A stretch of DNA of 64,000 nt from contig MU058591.1 of NCBI GenBank assembly GCA_013265495.1, positions 1-64,000 on the forward strand. Reading direction: 5' to 3'. Source of the DNA: Vicugna vicugna (lineage: Eukaryota). Both the position numbers and the translations under genes were made by a program. Below, piece after piece: positions 38,686-51,701 of the stretch; position 1 is the first letter of the stretch; the number at the start of each line of letters is the position of its first letter. Below the pieces are notes generated by a model. The model was not told where the DNA came from, did not search any database, and saw only the letters and a program-made list of their open reading frames with translations.

Positions 38686-39666
38686 GAAGCATCCACCAAA
38701 CTCCTCACTGAAAACAAAAATTGAGTAGGTGTGCTTGTTCCTTATAAATACATCCCTATAAAATCTCACACTTCCTTGTCATCTATTATTTTCAGAAAAG
38801 TCCTTCAGAAAGTGTGATAAAATGACAGTGATAAAGCCAGTGATCTCTCTTTAAATATCACTGAAGAAATTCACAAGTTTTAAAGAATGGAAAGCAGAAA
38901 ATAAATTGCAAATGGCCTTTATGGCTATTTCAAAGAACACCAAAGTGATGTAATAACATTGAAGATAAAAACAGAAAGAAAGTTTATCTTATCTTTAAAT
39001 ATTCTGGGCTTTGTTGTTCAGCTCCAAGCAAAATATGTTATTTACCTGATAGATCAGAACACTTTCCTCATAAGAGATGAGTTTTTAATAGAAATGCAGG
39101 TACATTCTCAGTCACCAGAGCCAACTTAATAACATCTCTATTGCTCTAAAATCTTAGAAAATTATATACCAAAGGCTTGTGTTCTCAAAATATTCTAGGC
39201 AAAAATCTTGTCGTCTTCTCTCTTCTTACTAAAGAAAGAATTCATAGATCTGGGAAATACCCATTCCCATGGATTAGTCCTTTTATCCTCTTTTCCTCTA
39301 AAATCTCCAGACTATAAGGTTAATATTAAGATTATTTCAGCCATATGTACCCAGTGATAAGATTAGAGTGGCCAAAAGTATTCCCCTAATTGTTACTTCT
39401 TTGTTACTTTTTACCTAAATTCATATCTTCCCTTCTTGTCAACTGAGGCATTTGATAACATCCAGAAGAGAGAAAACTTCTGTTTTCTGAATGGCATCTT
39501 GTTTTTCTCTGAAAGATTACTGGGGAATTTATGCTGATACAATAGGAGCACTACTTTTAGGTTCTGGTTACTAAGTAGTGTTAAGTATGGGAAAAGTGAA
39601 CCATCAATTTGAATGTATCAAATTTCACAAGCTTACGTATGTTGAACATTAGTAAACTGAAAGACG

Positions 39667-39708
39667 GATTGATTTACCAAGCGGACTGATTGATTTACCA
39701 AGCGGACT
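39667..39708 (+). repeat. Perfect 21-bp tandem duplication
   Basis: GATTGATTTACCAAGCGGACT twice. Confidence 0.95.
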
Positions 39709-40525
39709 CATTAATTTCAAAGAATCTATTTTCTACATTATTCATCTGCTTCTTCTACCAGGTATGAGATACAAGTTGAAGTCTCCCTTATTTTTAAAAT
39801 TATTAATTTACTATTTTAGTCATGTATTGTTTATTTGTGTAGATTCGAAAGAAAGACTTGAAAATTCGTAATAGTCAACATAACATTTTAAGGGCCAATT
39901 ATTTGAAGTATAAAATTGTAAGGAACACAGCCTCCAAGCCCTTCCAAGTACCTAAAAACCCTCCTTTAAAATCTGTTAATGAAAAATTGACAAGATAAAG
40001 GAAAAAATAATGACTAAACTTATAGTCATAATGGGAGACTATGAATCATTTCTTATAGTAACTGACAGAAAGAGCAGACCAGTAATTTAGAAAATAGATC
40101 CTTTGAAAATAATGTCAACTTGATAATTAACATACAGAGAATCATGTGCGAAAACAGTGACACAGTGCATACATGTCCTTTCAGGTGTACATTGAACTTT
40201 AACCAAAATTGATCACAGGGCAATAAAGGGGAAAAAAGTCAATACAATTGATGTAAAAAGCAAAACATATGATTTAAATTTTACTTTCCTGCCTAGTAGC
40301 CATATAACCTTAAGGAAATTATTTGTCCCCTGTAAACTCTGAAAATATGTATAATTGTAACAGCATTTTCTCATTGGGTTGTTGTGGGTTAACATGTACA
40401 AAGCGTATACCTGTCATTTGTTAAGAAAATAAATAATGACTACATACCTGGGGACTTCAATATTTATTAAAAGTTGTTGACAAGAAAAAACTTACATTAG
40501 ATCTAATACAGCTGTTTGATGTTTA

Positions 40526-41282
40526 TTTTTTAATTTTTTAAAACTTTTTTTTATTGAGTTATAGTCATTTTACAATGTTGTGTCAAATTCCAGTGTAGAG
40601 CACAATTTTTCAATTATACATGAACATACATACATTCATTGTCACATTCTCTTTCGCTTTAAGCCACCACAAGATCCTGTATATATTTCTCTGTGCTACA
40701 CAGTACCATCTTGTTTATCTAGTCTACATTTTGAAATCCCAGTCCCTCCCCACCCCCCATCCCCCTGGCAACCACAAGTTTGTATACTATGTCTATGAGT
40801 CTGTTTCTGTTTTGCATTTATTTATTTATTTAGATTGCACATATGAGCGATCTCATATGGTATTTTTCTTTCGCTTCCTGGCTTACTTCACTTAGAATGA
40901 CATTCTCCAGGAACACCCATGTTGCTGCAAATGGCATTATGTTGTTGATTTTTATGGCTGAAGAGTATTCCATTGTATAAATATATCTTTATCCAGTCAT
41001 CTGTTGATGGACATTTAGGCTGTTTCCTTGTCTTGGCTATTGTAAATAGTGCTGCTATGAACATTGGGGTGCAGGTGTCATTTTGAAGTAGGGTTCCTTC
41101 TGGATATATGCCCAGGAGTGGGATTCCTGGGTCATATGGTAAGTCTATTTCTAGTCTTTTGAGGAATCTCCATACTGTTTTCCACAGTGGCTGCACCAAA
41201 CTGCATTTCCACCAGCAGTGTAGGAGGGTCCCCTTTTCTCCACAGCCTCTCCAGCATTTGTCATTTGTGGACTTTTGAATGA
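40526..41282 (-). mobile_element. Young lineage-specific 5'-truncated L1 (camelid-like)
   Basis: ORF 40888-41199 [33 protein letters not shown]...CTPMFIAALFTIAKTRKQPKCPS (ORF2 C-terminus); perfect 13-bp TSD TGTTTGATGTTTA at 40513-40525 and 41283-41295. Confidence 0.95.
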
Positions 41283-44200
41283 TGTTTGATGTTTAAAGAG
41301 CTCACCGTAAAAAGAGGTAACAGCATTGATGTAAGTAGCAATGGAGGGCAAAACAAGTGGGAAATTAAAGGAAGGCATTCTTTGACACAAGATACATAAC
41401 AAAAAGACTGTCAGTTGCCCCAAACTATAGTGGGTGGCCTCATTAAGTGGTGAGTTCATTGCTACCCTAGGTGTCATCAGAGAACAGTGGCATACGGACT
41501 TCTGTCTAGGACCAGGGGGCCGGTACCTCTGCAGAGGAGATTGTGGGAAGAGAGGACTATCATGGCTGCCCCCACCCCTACTCCCAAAGTGACTCAACTT
41601 TTCTCTGTTAGCCTATGGCGTTTATGAGTAGAATTCTTTCTGAAAGAAATGTTCTGCTATTAAGATAAACACTTAACCATTATTGCTGCAGATAATATTA
41701 CCACACTCAAAGGCAGGTTAAATGAAATAACTTCTAGGTTACCTCCTAATTTAAGATGCTGCATAAACTGCCTAAATATTTCCCAGGGGCAGGAATGGAA
41801 TATAGTCACCACAGAGTGAAAATACAGAGCTGAGAGAAGCCACAGATTATGCAATGTTCCTAAATACGTCTTCTCTTAAATTCTCACAACGCCTGTCAAG
41901 TAGTTTCTACCTTTTGCAACTTTGAAATTCACCCTTACAGTACACCCATAGGACTACATTTAGTCTCCTATTTTAGTTTTTGGAGACTTTATTCAATCAT
42001 TCAGCAACTTATAGAGGCACAAGCCTGTCATCTAGAAGCAAAAGTGAGGAACACCAGGCTATTTTTCGAAAGTGCTGCTCCATGTTAATGGAAGGACTTT
42101 GAGATGCCAGGAGGGACATTGTTAGAAAGAAAAAGAAATCACCAGATTAAGCCACCCTGGACATTTTTTTAAAGAGAATAATTTTAAAAAGCCTTTCCAA
42201 ACTCTTAGAAAACACACAACATCATTTAGCAATTCATTAACTATATAGCATACTAATTTTTTTCATGGCTAAAGTATAATATGACTGCAGAAATATATGC
42301 ACGTCCACAAGTTTTTTTTTAGCTTTGGGCAATAAAATCACAACTATGACTTTTATGGAATTTGTGGCCATATGTTTTTTCTCCTGGATTAGTAACTAGT
42401 TTATAAATCTGAGTCCTTGATAAAGAAAACACCACCCCACCAACCCAGGACAAGCTTGCTCCTGTGTGAAAATATTACCTGTGTGCATCAATTCATTAAG
42501 GCAGCGTTTCTGGAACTGGTTAATGGTAACACAAGCTCAAAGGTTTTAATCTGAACTACTTGTCAATGTGACACTGTACTCATTTTTAGATTTTAAAGAC
42601 TATGTGCATGAAGATTACATACTTATTCAACCTTAGAATATTTCAGTAGCTTTAAAATCACTTTTCTAACAGGTATATTTTCTAACGCTAAATTTAGTTG
42701 ACAATGATTTGTTTGACAGGTTCACTATATTAGGTGACAGTTTTCCAGATATCACAGGGCAGTAAGAACCTATCAAAGATGATTTGGCATGGTAAATCTT
42801 ACTTTGCCTTAATGTTAACAAGATTTTTATGGCAGTCTGGACCTAGTGTGTGTGTGTCCAATAACTGCTAATGAAGGCAAATATCATGTAACTCAGCAAA
42901 ACATCTCTCAAGAATCTTCATGACTTTCCATTACCTCCTGGTCAAGTTCATTCAGTTGGCCAAAATCTTTGGGTTAATTTAAACTAGTTTCTAGTTAATA
43001 GCCACCATATAAAAGAGGCAAATATATAGTCAACATCAACTCTTAGCAAAGAGGAGAGCTCTCTCTTTGCTATTAAGATTCTTCCTTTCTCATGATTCAA
43101 TAACTACATGACAAAGCACTAAAACCCCTTGGCCTTTAGCATTCAGAGAGTAAAAACATTTTTAAAAAATCATTTAAAACCCCTCTATAGATGATACATA
43201 AACAGATTCTGAATAAAAGATAATATAGATTAATCTCTCTGGTGATTGAATTTTAAGCTTTATGGATTAATTCAGTAGAATTATTGTGTCTTAAATATCA
43301 CTATAGATGTTATGCTTGGGCAATTCACGTGCCCTGGTTTGGTTTTAACTCTTTTGGACTGTCAGATAATGAACTGGAGACCAGTAGGGCTGGTTTGTTA
43401 TTCATTGAAAGAAAACAAGCGAAACCTCCCAGTACTTTGCACTTTGACACTAGAGAAAATGTTCTAGGACCTGCATGCAGAGTAAATGTACAGTTAAGGA
43501 GATGGACAAAGTCGGAAAAGGAGACATGTAGGGCTATATCTATTTTGGGCTTTCAGTTCATTTTACTGTATTTTCATGTTTTCTAGACTACTGATACACT
43601 GATTCAAAATTATCTCAATGTTTACCAGGACTTCAGCCCTGTGATAGATCCTGGTGGGGGAAAGCACATTAGTTAGTTATGTCTTGTGGGACAGAAAAAG
43701 CATGTTAATAGTATAGGATTACCTATGTTTGATTCCTTGCAAAACCAACACTCACTTAACACTAAAATTTCTTTGTTTTCTTCCCTATATGTTCCTTTGA
43801 AATGAAGGGATTTTAAGTCTGGGAAATACAAATCAGTCCATTACTCTGGACACTATGCATGTCCCAAGGTCCTCAAAGCAACTGGAACTTCCCAGTCACT
43901 GATCTAGAAAGGAGGCCATGGAACTTACCCAGTGAAGGAATTAGCCAGGAATCCGATTTCCTCTAGTTTTCCCTTATAAAATCATGTTATAGTTCATTAG
44001 GACCTCCACCAAAGGGTGACTTGGAAGGGGGAAAAAAAAAACAAAAACAAAACTGCTGTTATTTCACAGTACCTTTAGAAATGATGTAAATTAGGAAGAT
44101 TGAAGTAGTTGAAATTTTAAAAGCCAAAATTCAGGTTGAGATTTTAACTCTCCTGTCTATTTCTATGTCTTGATTATACCTGCTTTACAAACAAGGCCAT

Positions 44201-45879
44201 TTTATCACTCTGTGAGGATAATGCATTTTATTATGCCACCCTTGTGCTAGTTCCTGTGACTGTCAAACTAAAAAAAAAAAAAAAAAGTTAAGTGCATAGA
44301 AATTGTTTTTTGTGTGTTAGTATGTGCCTATGCTAGCAACTACCTAATCATATTAATTTAAAAAAAAGCACTCTGTAAACTGAAATGTGACCTGGGCATT
44401 GGAAAAATAATCACAATGAAAGAAATGATTTGGTCAGGTCACTAAATCAGATCAGATTGAGTGAACCACCGGAACATCTGAATCTCCTCCTTACACGTCG
44501 CCCGCAGATTGGGAGATATTATGGAGTTATCTTTCCTATGCAGCAAAAGCTCCGTCATCCTTAACACTAAAAGCAAGGAAAAACACCACCTGACACTTAT
44601 TATGAATGCCATTAGTGTATGGGAAGCTGGGTGGTGGTTATAATACTTTTCAGCAGAGCTCATTTCTTTCTATGCCCATCAAATAGGACTTTATTGAGCC
44701 CAAGATGGTATGGTTCATAGAAAATGAAGACTATTAGGTATCTCTTACAGATTTTTCTGTAGGCTGTTTAAAAAATGCACTGGATTATATGAAATTACTT
44801 CTCCAAATGTCAAACAAAAAATAAAAAATAAAATCTACTAAGGGGGTTTATTTCAGTGATTGTCAGAAAAAATATGCGTAAGGAAAAAATATACATCTAT
44901 ACATACTCTTTTTTATTCTTTGAATAGAAGCTGGTTGATTAAAGTCCTCATTTAAGACAGACATGGTACCTAATGCCAATATACGATTTTAGATAAGACG
45001 GGGCGAAGCAATACTGAGTGGGGTGGGAGAGTGGGAGTTTTCCAAAAAACATGGCAGCTTGATACATTATTCCTACAAACAAAACAGACGACCTGACTGT
45101 TGGGATATCTCAACTTACATGTCACCCAGTGATAATTTTACCTGTGACATCTTATGCCCATGAATAGAGCACTATTTTGGAAAAATAATCTTTATTTTCT
45201 AGGGAATGCAGCTTTAAAATGAAGGTTAATTTTTTTTCCTCCTCCTGAGAGAACTCAGTACTAAGATATTTTCATGAGGACTAATCCAATCTTTATTGAC
45301 TGTGGGTATTGTGGATACTAAAAGAAATGCATTTGTTGACAAAAGATTGCTCTCCACTAGCAGAACTAGGATTTAGAGAATGTGGTTTGAATATCTTGCT
45401 TCCTCTAACTGCAGATATCTACAGTGGTGCATCTTTTAATCTCCAGTTTTCTATATGACAACTTGTTTGAACTACATAATTTTCACATATTTCCATATTT
45501 AGTATCCTATGTTTTAAGTATTTTGACTTAACCTGCATAATAATGACATAAAGTGATCATAGATTTGCTTCCTCTCTTCAGATTACAACATGCAACTACT
45601 AACATCCATCCTATAACGTCACAATTTTCACAATTAAAATAATTTGTTTTAGTAAGTACCTACAATGTGCTTAGTACAAGTCTTCAGTCTACAAAGGATC
45701 TCATCCACCACTTTGCCAAATTCCTCTTTTTTAAAGGAATCAACTGGAGGCCTTTTATTCTTTGAGACTACCTAAAAGTCATCCTGAAGAATGCTCTCCT
45801 ACTTCCAAACTCCTATGGAGGAATCTAGAGTTACGGGGAAGAGAGGAAGCAAATGTGCATTTGCAGTGAGTCCATACTT

Positions 45880-46350
45880 GATGGCACACATTGAGCTACA
45901 GTATCTTCCTTCAAACACCATGCAAGCTGTGTGCTAACGTTCACATCTTGCAGAGTGAAATCTGAGATGCAGGATGCGATGACTTAGCCAGAATCACAGG
46001 AGAAAGGACTCAAACCCAGTCCTGTTCAGTGTTGCCTCATCGTAACAATGACTGAAGATGCAAGTGGTGTTCATTATTGGAATCCTGGTGGGCTTTACAT
46101 TACTAGCTGGAAAGTGAGGTAGTTGGATTTTTAAAAAACATGCATGTTGGATTCAAATGACTGAGTTTAAATTCAGTCCATTCACTTAGTAGGCTTGTGA
46201 CATTTGACAGTTTACTTAACATTTATGAGTCTCAATTTCTCCCATTCATGATAGAGATTAATAAAATTATCTGTCTCAGAGTATTAGTATGAGAATTAAA
46301 TAAGTTATATTAGGCACTAGAATTATTAATAATGCAGCAAATATATGCTA
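45880..46350. mobile_element. Two MIR remnants in opposite orientation
   Basis: GACTTAGCCAGAATCACAG...GGACTCAAACCCAG (-) and CTGAGTTTAAATTC...TGTGACATTTGACAGTTTACTTAAC...GAGTCTCAATTTCTC...GAGAATTAAATAAG (+). Confidence 0.6.
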
Positions 46351-46555
46351 AGCTCTTTATCTTCCTAACTGAAATATAAATATATTAATGGCAGGAATGT
46401 GACAAGTATTTTCCCCCAGCATAGGGTTTTCCAACTAGTAAACTTTATATATACATATATATTATCTTATATGGTATACATTAATTGTTATATATAATAT
46501 ATTTAAATGTATTTTATAATATATATTTCTTACATATTTTATAATATATATTTTT

Positions 46556-46760
46556 TCATTTTTTTTTGAAGTATAGTCAGTTTATAGTGTTGCATCAATT
46601 TCTGGTGTACAGCATAATGTTTCAGTCATACATTTATATACCTATATTTGTTTTCATATTCCTTTTTATTATAGGTTATTACAATATACTGAATATAGTC
46701 CCCTGTGCTATACAGTAGAAACTTGTTTTTAATCTATTTTATGTCTAGTAGTTAGTTATT
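46556..46760 (-). mobile_element. Short L1 3' end preceded by a TA-rich tract
   Basis: TTTTGAAGTATAGTCAGTTTATAGTGTTGCATCAATTTCTGGTGTACAGCATAATG...CCCCTGTGCTATACAGTAGAAAC. Confidence 0.85.
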
Positions 46761-47574
46761 TTAATACATTTTCTGAATTTCAAAGTCAAATAATTTGCAG
46801 ATATACAAGAAAAAGTCACTTTTTCCTGCTAACTCAAGTTCAAGATCCATGTTTTTATCTGCAGAGAATCAAAGAAAATATTTTGAGCAGGTTGTAAGGT
46901 TGGCTTTTGCAGGATAACACATGGGAATTAACTGCTATGGAATTTCTATACATACAAGTCACAAATATCACCCATAAATCATAAAAACCAAAAATTCCTT
47001 TCTAGATGATGTAACCAAATCTGGCATTTACTTGAACATCTTGCCTTCACTGGCTACTCAAATAACATGTTTAAGTTTCTAAATCATAAGATCAGTGTCT
47101 CCTAACTTGCCACTTGACAATTTGAAGACTCGCAGTCTATGGTAAAATGCATTATACTGGAGGATAAAAATACATGTATAAAATTAGTCATCTTTCTCCC
47201 CAACATTTATGGCCATGATGGTTGTTTATCACCATAGCCTGTCTTTAAATCTGAGCTCATTTCCTCATAAACTGGTATTTCCTCCTATTTTTATCCTGCT
47301 CTGAATCGTAATGCTTTACTTGCAAACTCCTTGGACTATTGTGAGCTCACTTCACAATTTTACCTTAGCATATGATAGATAAGGGGGTAACAGAAGCACC
47401 CCATATCTTCAGTGTATCAACCAAGTCCTTTTGGCTTCCTTATTTTGTATTGAAGATTTGTGTAATTCCTCAAATCTACACTTGCTCTAATTTGTGTCAG
47501 TTTTGAAGAATATATCATGATAAATGAGTGGCCTTTGATAAGTCATTTCTTAGTTTACTTTTCTATAAAATGGC

Positions 47575-47866
47575 TGTAAAATGGTTTATCAGGACTGCTG
47601 TATCAAAGCACCACAGACAGAGTGCCTTAAACAACAGAAATTTATTGTCTCGCTGTTCTGGAAGCTAGAACAAGATCAAGACATCAGCAGGGCGTATTCT
47701 TCCAGAGGCCTCCTGCCCTGACTTGTAGATGGCAGTCTTCTCCCTGTGTCTTCACAAGGTCTTTCCTTTGCACATGTCTGTGTCCAAATTTACCCTTATA
47801 AGAACACCAGTCGTATTGATTAGGGCCCACCATAATGATGTCACTTTAACTTAATTACTTTTGTAA
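47575..47866 (-). mobile_element. MLT1B-like LTR, 3' three quarters
   Basis: CTTAAACAACAGAAATTTATTGTCTC...GTGTCCAAATTT...ATAAGAACACCAGTCGTATTGATTAGGGCCCAC...AACTTAATTAC. Confidence 0.85.
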
Positions 47867-48058
47867 ATTTTCTGGAGTGAAAATATACTTCAAAAATTAT
47901 CGAGAAATTAACTTCTGAAGTGAAAATGTCAGATGATGCAATTATTGTTAATGATTTTGGGTATTTATTTGGTGGTATTGTAATGAGTTTTTTGCCACAT
48001 AGCATTTCACTTACTCAATGCAGCATCTTATAGACATGGGGATAAAAGGAATAATTGT

Positions 48059-48158
48059 TGTTATGGGCTGAATTGCCCATCTCTCAAAATTCTGGTACTG
48101 AAGTCCTAACACCTAATACCTCAAATGTGACTGTGTTTGGAGATAAGATGTTTGCAAA
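48059..48158 (+). mobile_element. MLT1B-like LTR, 5' ~100 bp, inverted relative to its other part
   Basis: TGTTATGGGCTGAATTG...GAAGTCCTAACACCTAATACCTCAAATGTGACTGTGTTTGGAGATAAG, the MLT1B 5' terminus. Confidence 0.85.
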
Positions 48159-48936
48159 GTTTATAGTGCATGGAATCCTCCTTTCCATGTATCAGAAACT
48201 TCTGGATTTCCCCTTACATCATGCTAATGCAGCGTAAATTAGATGATACTGGACATCTTGTTTTTCTCTTCTTAATGAGTGGCTTTCTTCAAACATTAGA
48301 GCAGTCAAAATGGTCTCTTGCTCATATTGGTCCTCTTGCCACCAGGGTTGAAATCCTCTCCTCTGTCGTTGGAATGGCATGGGCTATGTCAAGCTGTAGT
48401 ATGAGAAAGGTAATGATCTTTCTTCTCTAGAGAGTGAAATAACATGGGATGGATCAAATCCCTCTACTTCCTCAGCCATCTTGATCCATTAGTTTCAAGC
48501 AGAGCTTTACTTAGGAAGCATCATCTCTATTGTGATATAGGAATTATGATATAGGAGGAACATAGATTAAAGTTCCAGTCTACATGAACTTTCTTTTACA
48601 CCATACAAGGGAAGGTATGAGTTGGACCTTCAGAAGAAGGTCATCCCACTGAGTTATCCTTCTCTACTATTGAGCTGAGGCTTCTTTGCTCAAGTAGTAT
48701 GCATCACTCATCCAAATAAACATCTCTCTTTAATTCTGTTATATGATACACCTTGCCCTGCCCTCTGGAAATATCCACCATTCCACAGGAAAATTTCTCA
48801 CTTCTTTGTACCAGTCTCAAACAATGCCAAGTGACTAAGCCAAAAGAGAATTGAAATTTCTAATCTCTTAGACTATTGGTAGAATATGGATTCTGGTCCA
48901 ACTATCTATTCCAACTTTCACTAACAAGAGTTACCA

Positions 48937-49145
48937 TTTTTTATTGAGGTATAGTTGGTACAATATTATATTAACTTTAGGTGTACACCATAGTGATTCA
49001 GTTTTTTTATAGATTATATGCCATTTAAAGTTACCACAAAATATTGGCTATGTTTTCCAGTGCTGTACGATATATCCTTGTTGTTTATTTTACACATAGT
49101 AGTTTGTGTCCCTTAATCCCATATCCCTGTCTCACCCCTCTCCCT
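48937..49145 (-). mobile_element. Short L1 3' end
   Basis: TTTTTTATTGAGGTATAGTTGGTACAATATTATATT...GGTGTACACCATAGTGATTCAG...AAAATATTGGCTAT. Confidence 0.85.
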
Positions 49146-49400
49146 GAGTTATTATTTCTTTGCTTCTCTTATTTGATGATTTATGAAGTAAAAACAATCC
49201 TTTGAAGAAAAGAAAAATCACTCTGAGCCAACATGTCATGCTTAAGTAAGCCTCTTTAAATCTGTCCCTTCAAGAATAATAAAACACCATTACTGTGGTG
49301 AGAAACACTACCTGGGACGGCCAAGAAAGAACTTTTTTGTTACTCAAGTGTTTGGTCCACTTCAGCTTCTTTTGATTCAGGAATTTGTTCTGGTAGAAAC

Positions 49401-49437
49401 TGTTTGTTTGTTTGTTTGTTTGTTTGTTTGTTTGTTT
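49401..49437 (+). repeat. (TGTT)n microsatellite
   Basis: About nine TGTT units. Confidence 0.95.
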
Positions 49438-51614
49438 CTTTTGTAATTTCAACCCCACTTGGGTCTGTTGGTCAGACTCTGTGGTGTTCCAATTGCCCTT
49501 GGAATTGGTGGTACCTAGCATGCACAGGTTAAGTCCGAGTTAGGTAGTAACTTATAGCTGTACACTTTCCAGCTTATTAAGTGCTTTCCTGAGTCCCAAA
49601 GTAATCATATGAGGGATGTCCCAAGAAAAATTTATTTACCCATTAATTGATGCAGAAACTAAAACTTGGATAGATCACAAATATATGTAGTGACAAAACC
49701 AGAACTTAAATCTAGTTTTTTTGACTCTAAAGCAAGGTTCTTTTCAGTATACTTCAGATGCTTATCATGATGATACTGATATTTGTGTGCTGTCAATTTT
49801 CTAATATGTATTTGTTAAAGAGCAAATCAATGATACATAAATGTAAGAAAGCTGAGTTAAACACAAACAGCCATTTTTGCTGTGAACTCTTCAAAGCCCC
49901 TGAAGTAATAATATCCACCAGGAAGCTAAGGAAGGAGATAATAAGGTGCCGGTTTCTCAAATTACTTGTTCAAGAAATCTTTTTTTTTCCTAGATGATCT
50001 CGTGAACAAATTTTATGAGTAATTCTTTTTTGCAAACATTGCAGTTTGAATTATTTGAAACTATTCTTCTCTTAGTTTCAGTCTTATTTCCACTTCAGCA
50101 TCTTGTGTTTTGGAGGAAATTAAGTCTGTATTTGGGATTCTTCCATCTTTCCTTCCAGTTTCCATCTCTGTTCTCCTGTACTGTGTACCCCAGTTATTAG
50201 TTTAGGCCATATTCTTTATATTATTCTTATCAGATCTTATTTGCCATCCCTCAAAATATTTGTTGATTTTCAGAAATTGATCTTAGGTGTTAAATCTCCT
50301 AGCCATATCTGCATTTTAATAGAGAATTATTTGGAGAGTGAAAATAACTCAGCCCACAAGGAATGAATTCTAATGTGGCATTTCAGGCACTACATCAAAC
50401 GGTGGGCAGAATGCTTTTGAATAGGAAACACTTTTATGCCTATGAAACTACAGTATTGGGGGCAATTTTAAGGCTACCTGGTGATGAGGTTAAGTCTGTG
50501 ATTCACTTTAATGCCCATTAGAACTCAGGGATATTGAACACTGTAGTATACTCAACCCAGGAAGATGAGATCATGAGCATGATGAGCTAGGGATAAAATC
50601 TCAGAGGCTTCTAGACTGAATGATTGAGTGACAGAAGAATGATGACATCCTATTATCTAGTCCTGTGTGAAAATTATGTCTACTAACTCAATTTTGTGAT
50701 ACAGGGGAATGAAGGCAGCAAGCTGTAGTTGTTATTTCCATTTGTTTGTTTGCCTGTTTTTGTTTCTAGGTAATCAATTCTCCATTCAAGAGAGTAGAAT
50801 TAACAATAGACTCCACCTGCAATCTGAATTCAATATTTGTTGAAATTTTCTATAGCACATTTTTTCTTCCTGAAAATTCTGTACTGTTGAAATGATTGTA
50901 ATTCAATTTAACATGGGCATTATGCAGAAATCACACTTTACAAGTGAGGAAACAACCTTCATTTAGAAAAGGTTCTAACCAGAGAATTAAGAGTACTTTT
51001 CACATACTTTTCACCCAAGAATTGCAAGAGAACTCCCAAAATAATCACAACAATCAAAATAAACTCACAACATATCTGTCTGTATACAAAGTGTTATCTA
51101 TCTTTTCAGAAAGATAAATCAGCAGGTCAGAAAGTGTTACTAATTTGTTCAGGTAAAAGAAAAACTTGGAACATTTTTCTGATCAGTTTGGGAATTTGAA
51201 TAATAAAACATCAGAAAAAAATTCAAATGTAGTGTGTTGTTCTCTTGATCTAAGATAAGACAGCTATGAGAGCTTTAAAAAATACAATACCTGGCTATTC
51301 TACAAGTCTGATGTTGAATTTACCCTTAATTATATCACTTATCTAGATGTTAAATCTGTTCAAATGTTACATCTTGACGGACCTTCTGCTATAGTCCATA
51401 ACGGTGTTTGTGATTCTGTATCAGTCATTTTAAAATGTGACTACATTTATTTCCTTGGCTGTATCTTCAAAAATAGAATTGACTATCTCAGGAAGTCTCT
51501 ATGTGTTATCCCTAATTCGCTTCCAGTTTTCAGCTGAAGCCATTTCATCAGTTTTCCTCATTCCTCTCACTTTCTATTTTCTTTCAAAGAGTTTGAATTT
51601 GTAGTAAACTCATG

Positions 51615-51701
51615 GGGCCATATATCCCACCTTGATCCAGTCAAGAAGTTTCCACTGACTTCAGTGAAATTCCACAAGAGAATCAAGGGCATTGTTGGCC
51701 C
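51615..51701. mobile_element. Degenerate palindromic element, candidate ancient MITE
   Basis: Symmetric arms GGGCCA/TGGCCC, CCTTGAT/ATCAAGG and CACTGA/TCAGTG, all centred at ~51658-51660. Confidence 0.5.

Noticed and set aside
39667..39708. Short direct repeats here and at 7868-7910 as CRISPR-like arrays
   Set aside because: Two adjacent copies with no spacers in mammalian DNA; simple slippage duplications.
41151..41597. 148-aa minus-strand ORF
   Set aside because: Chance read-through from unique flank into the L1 end; no recognisable domain.
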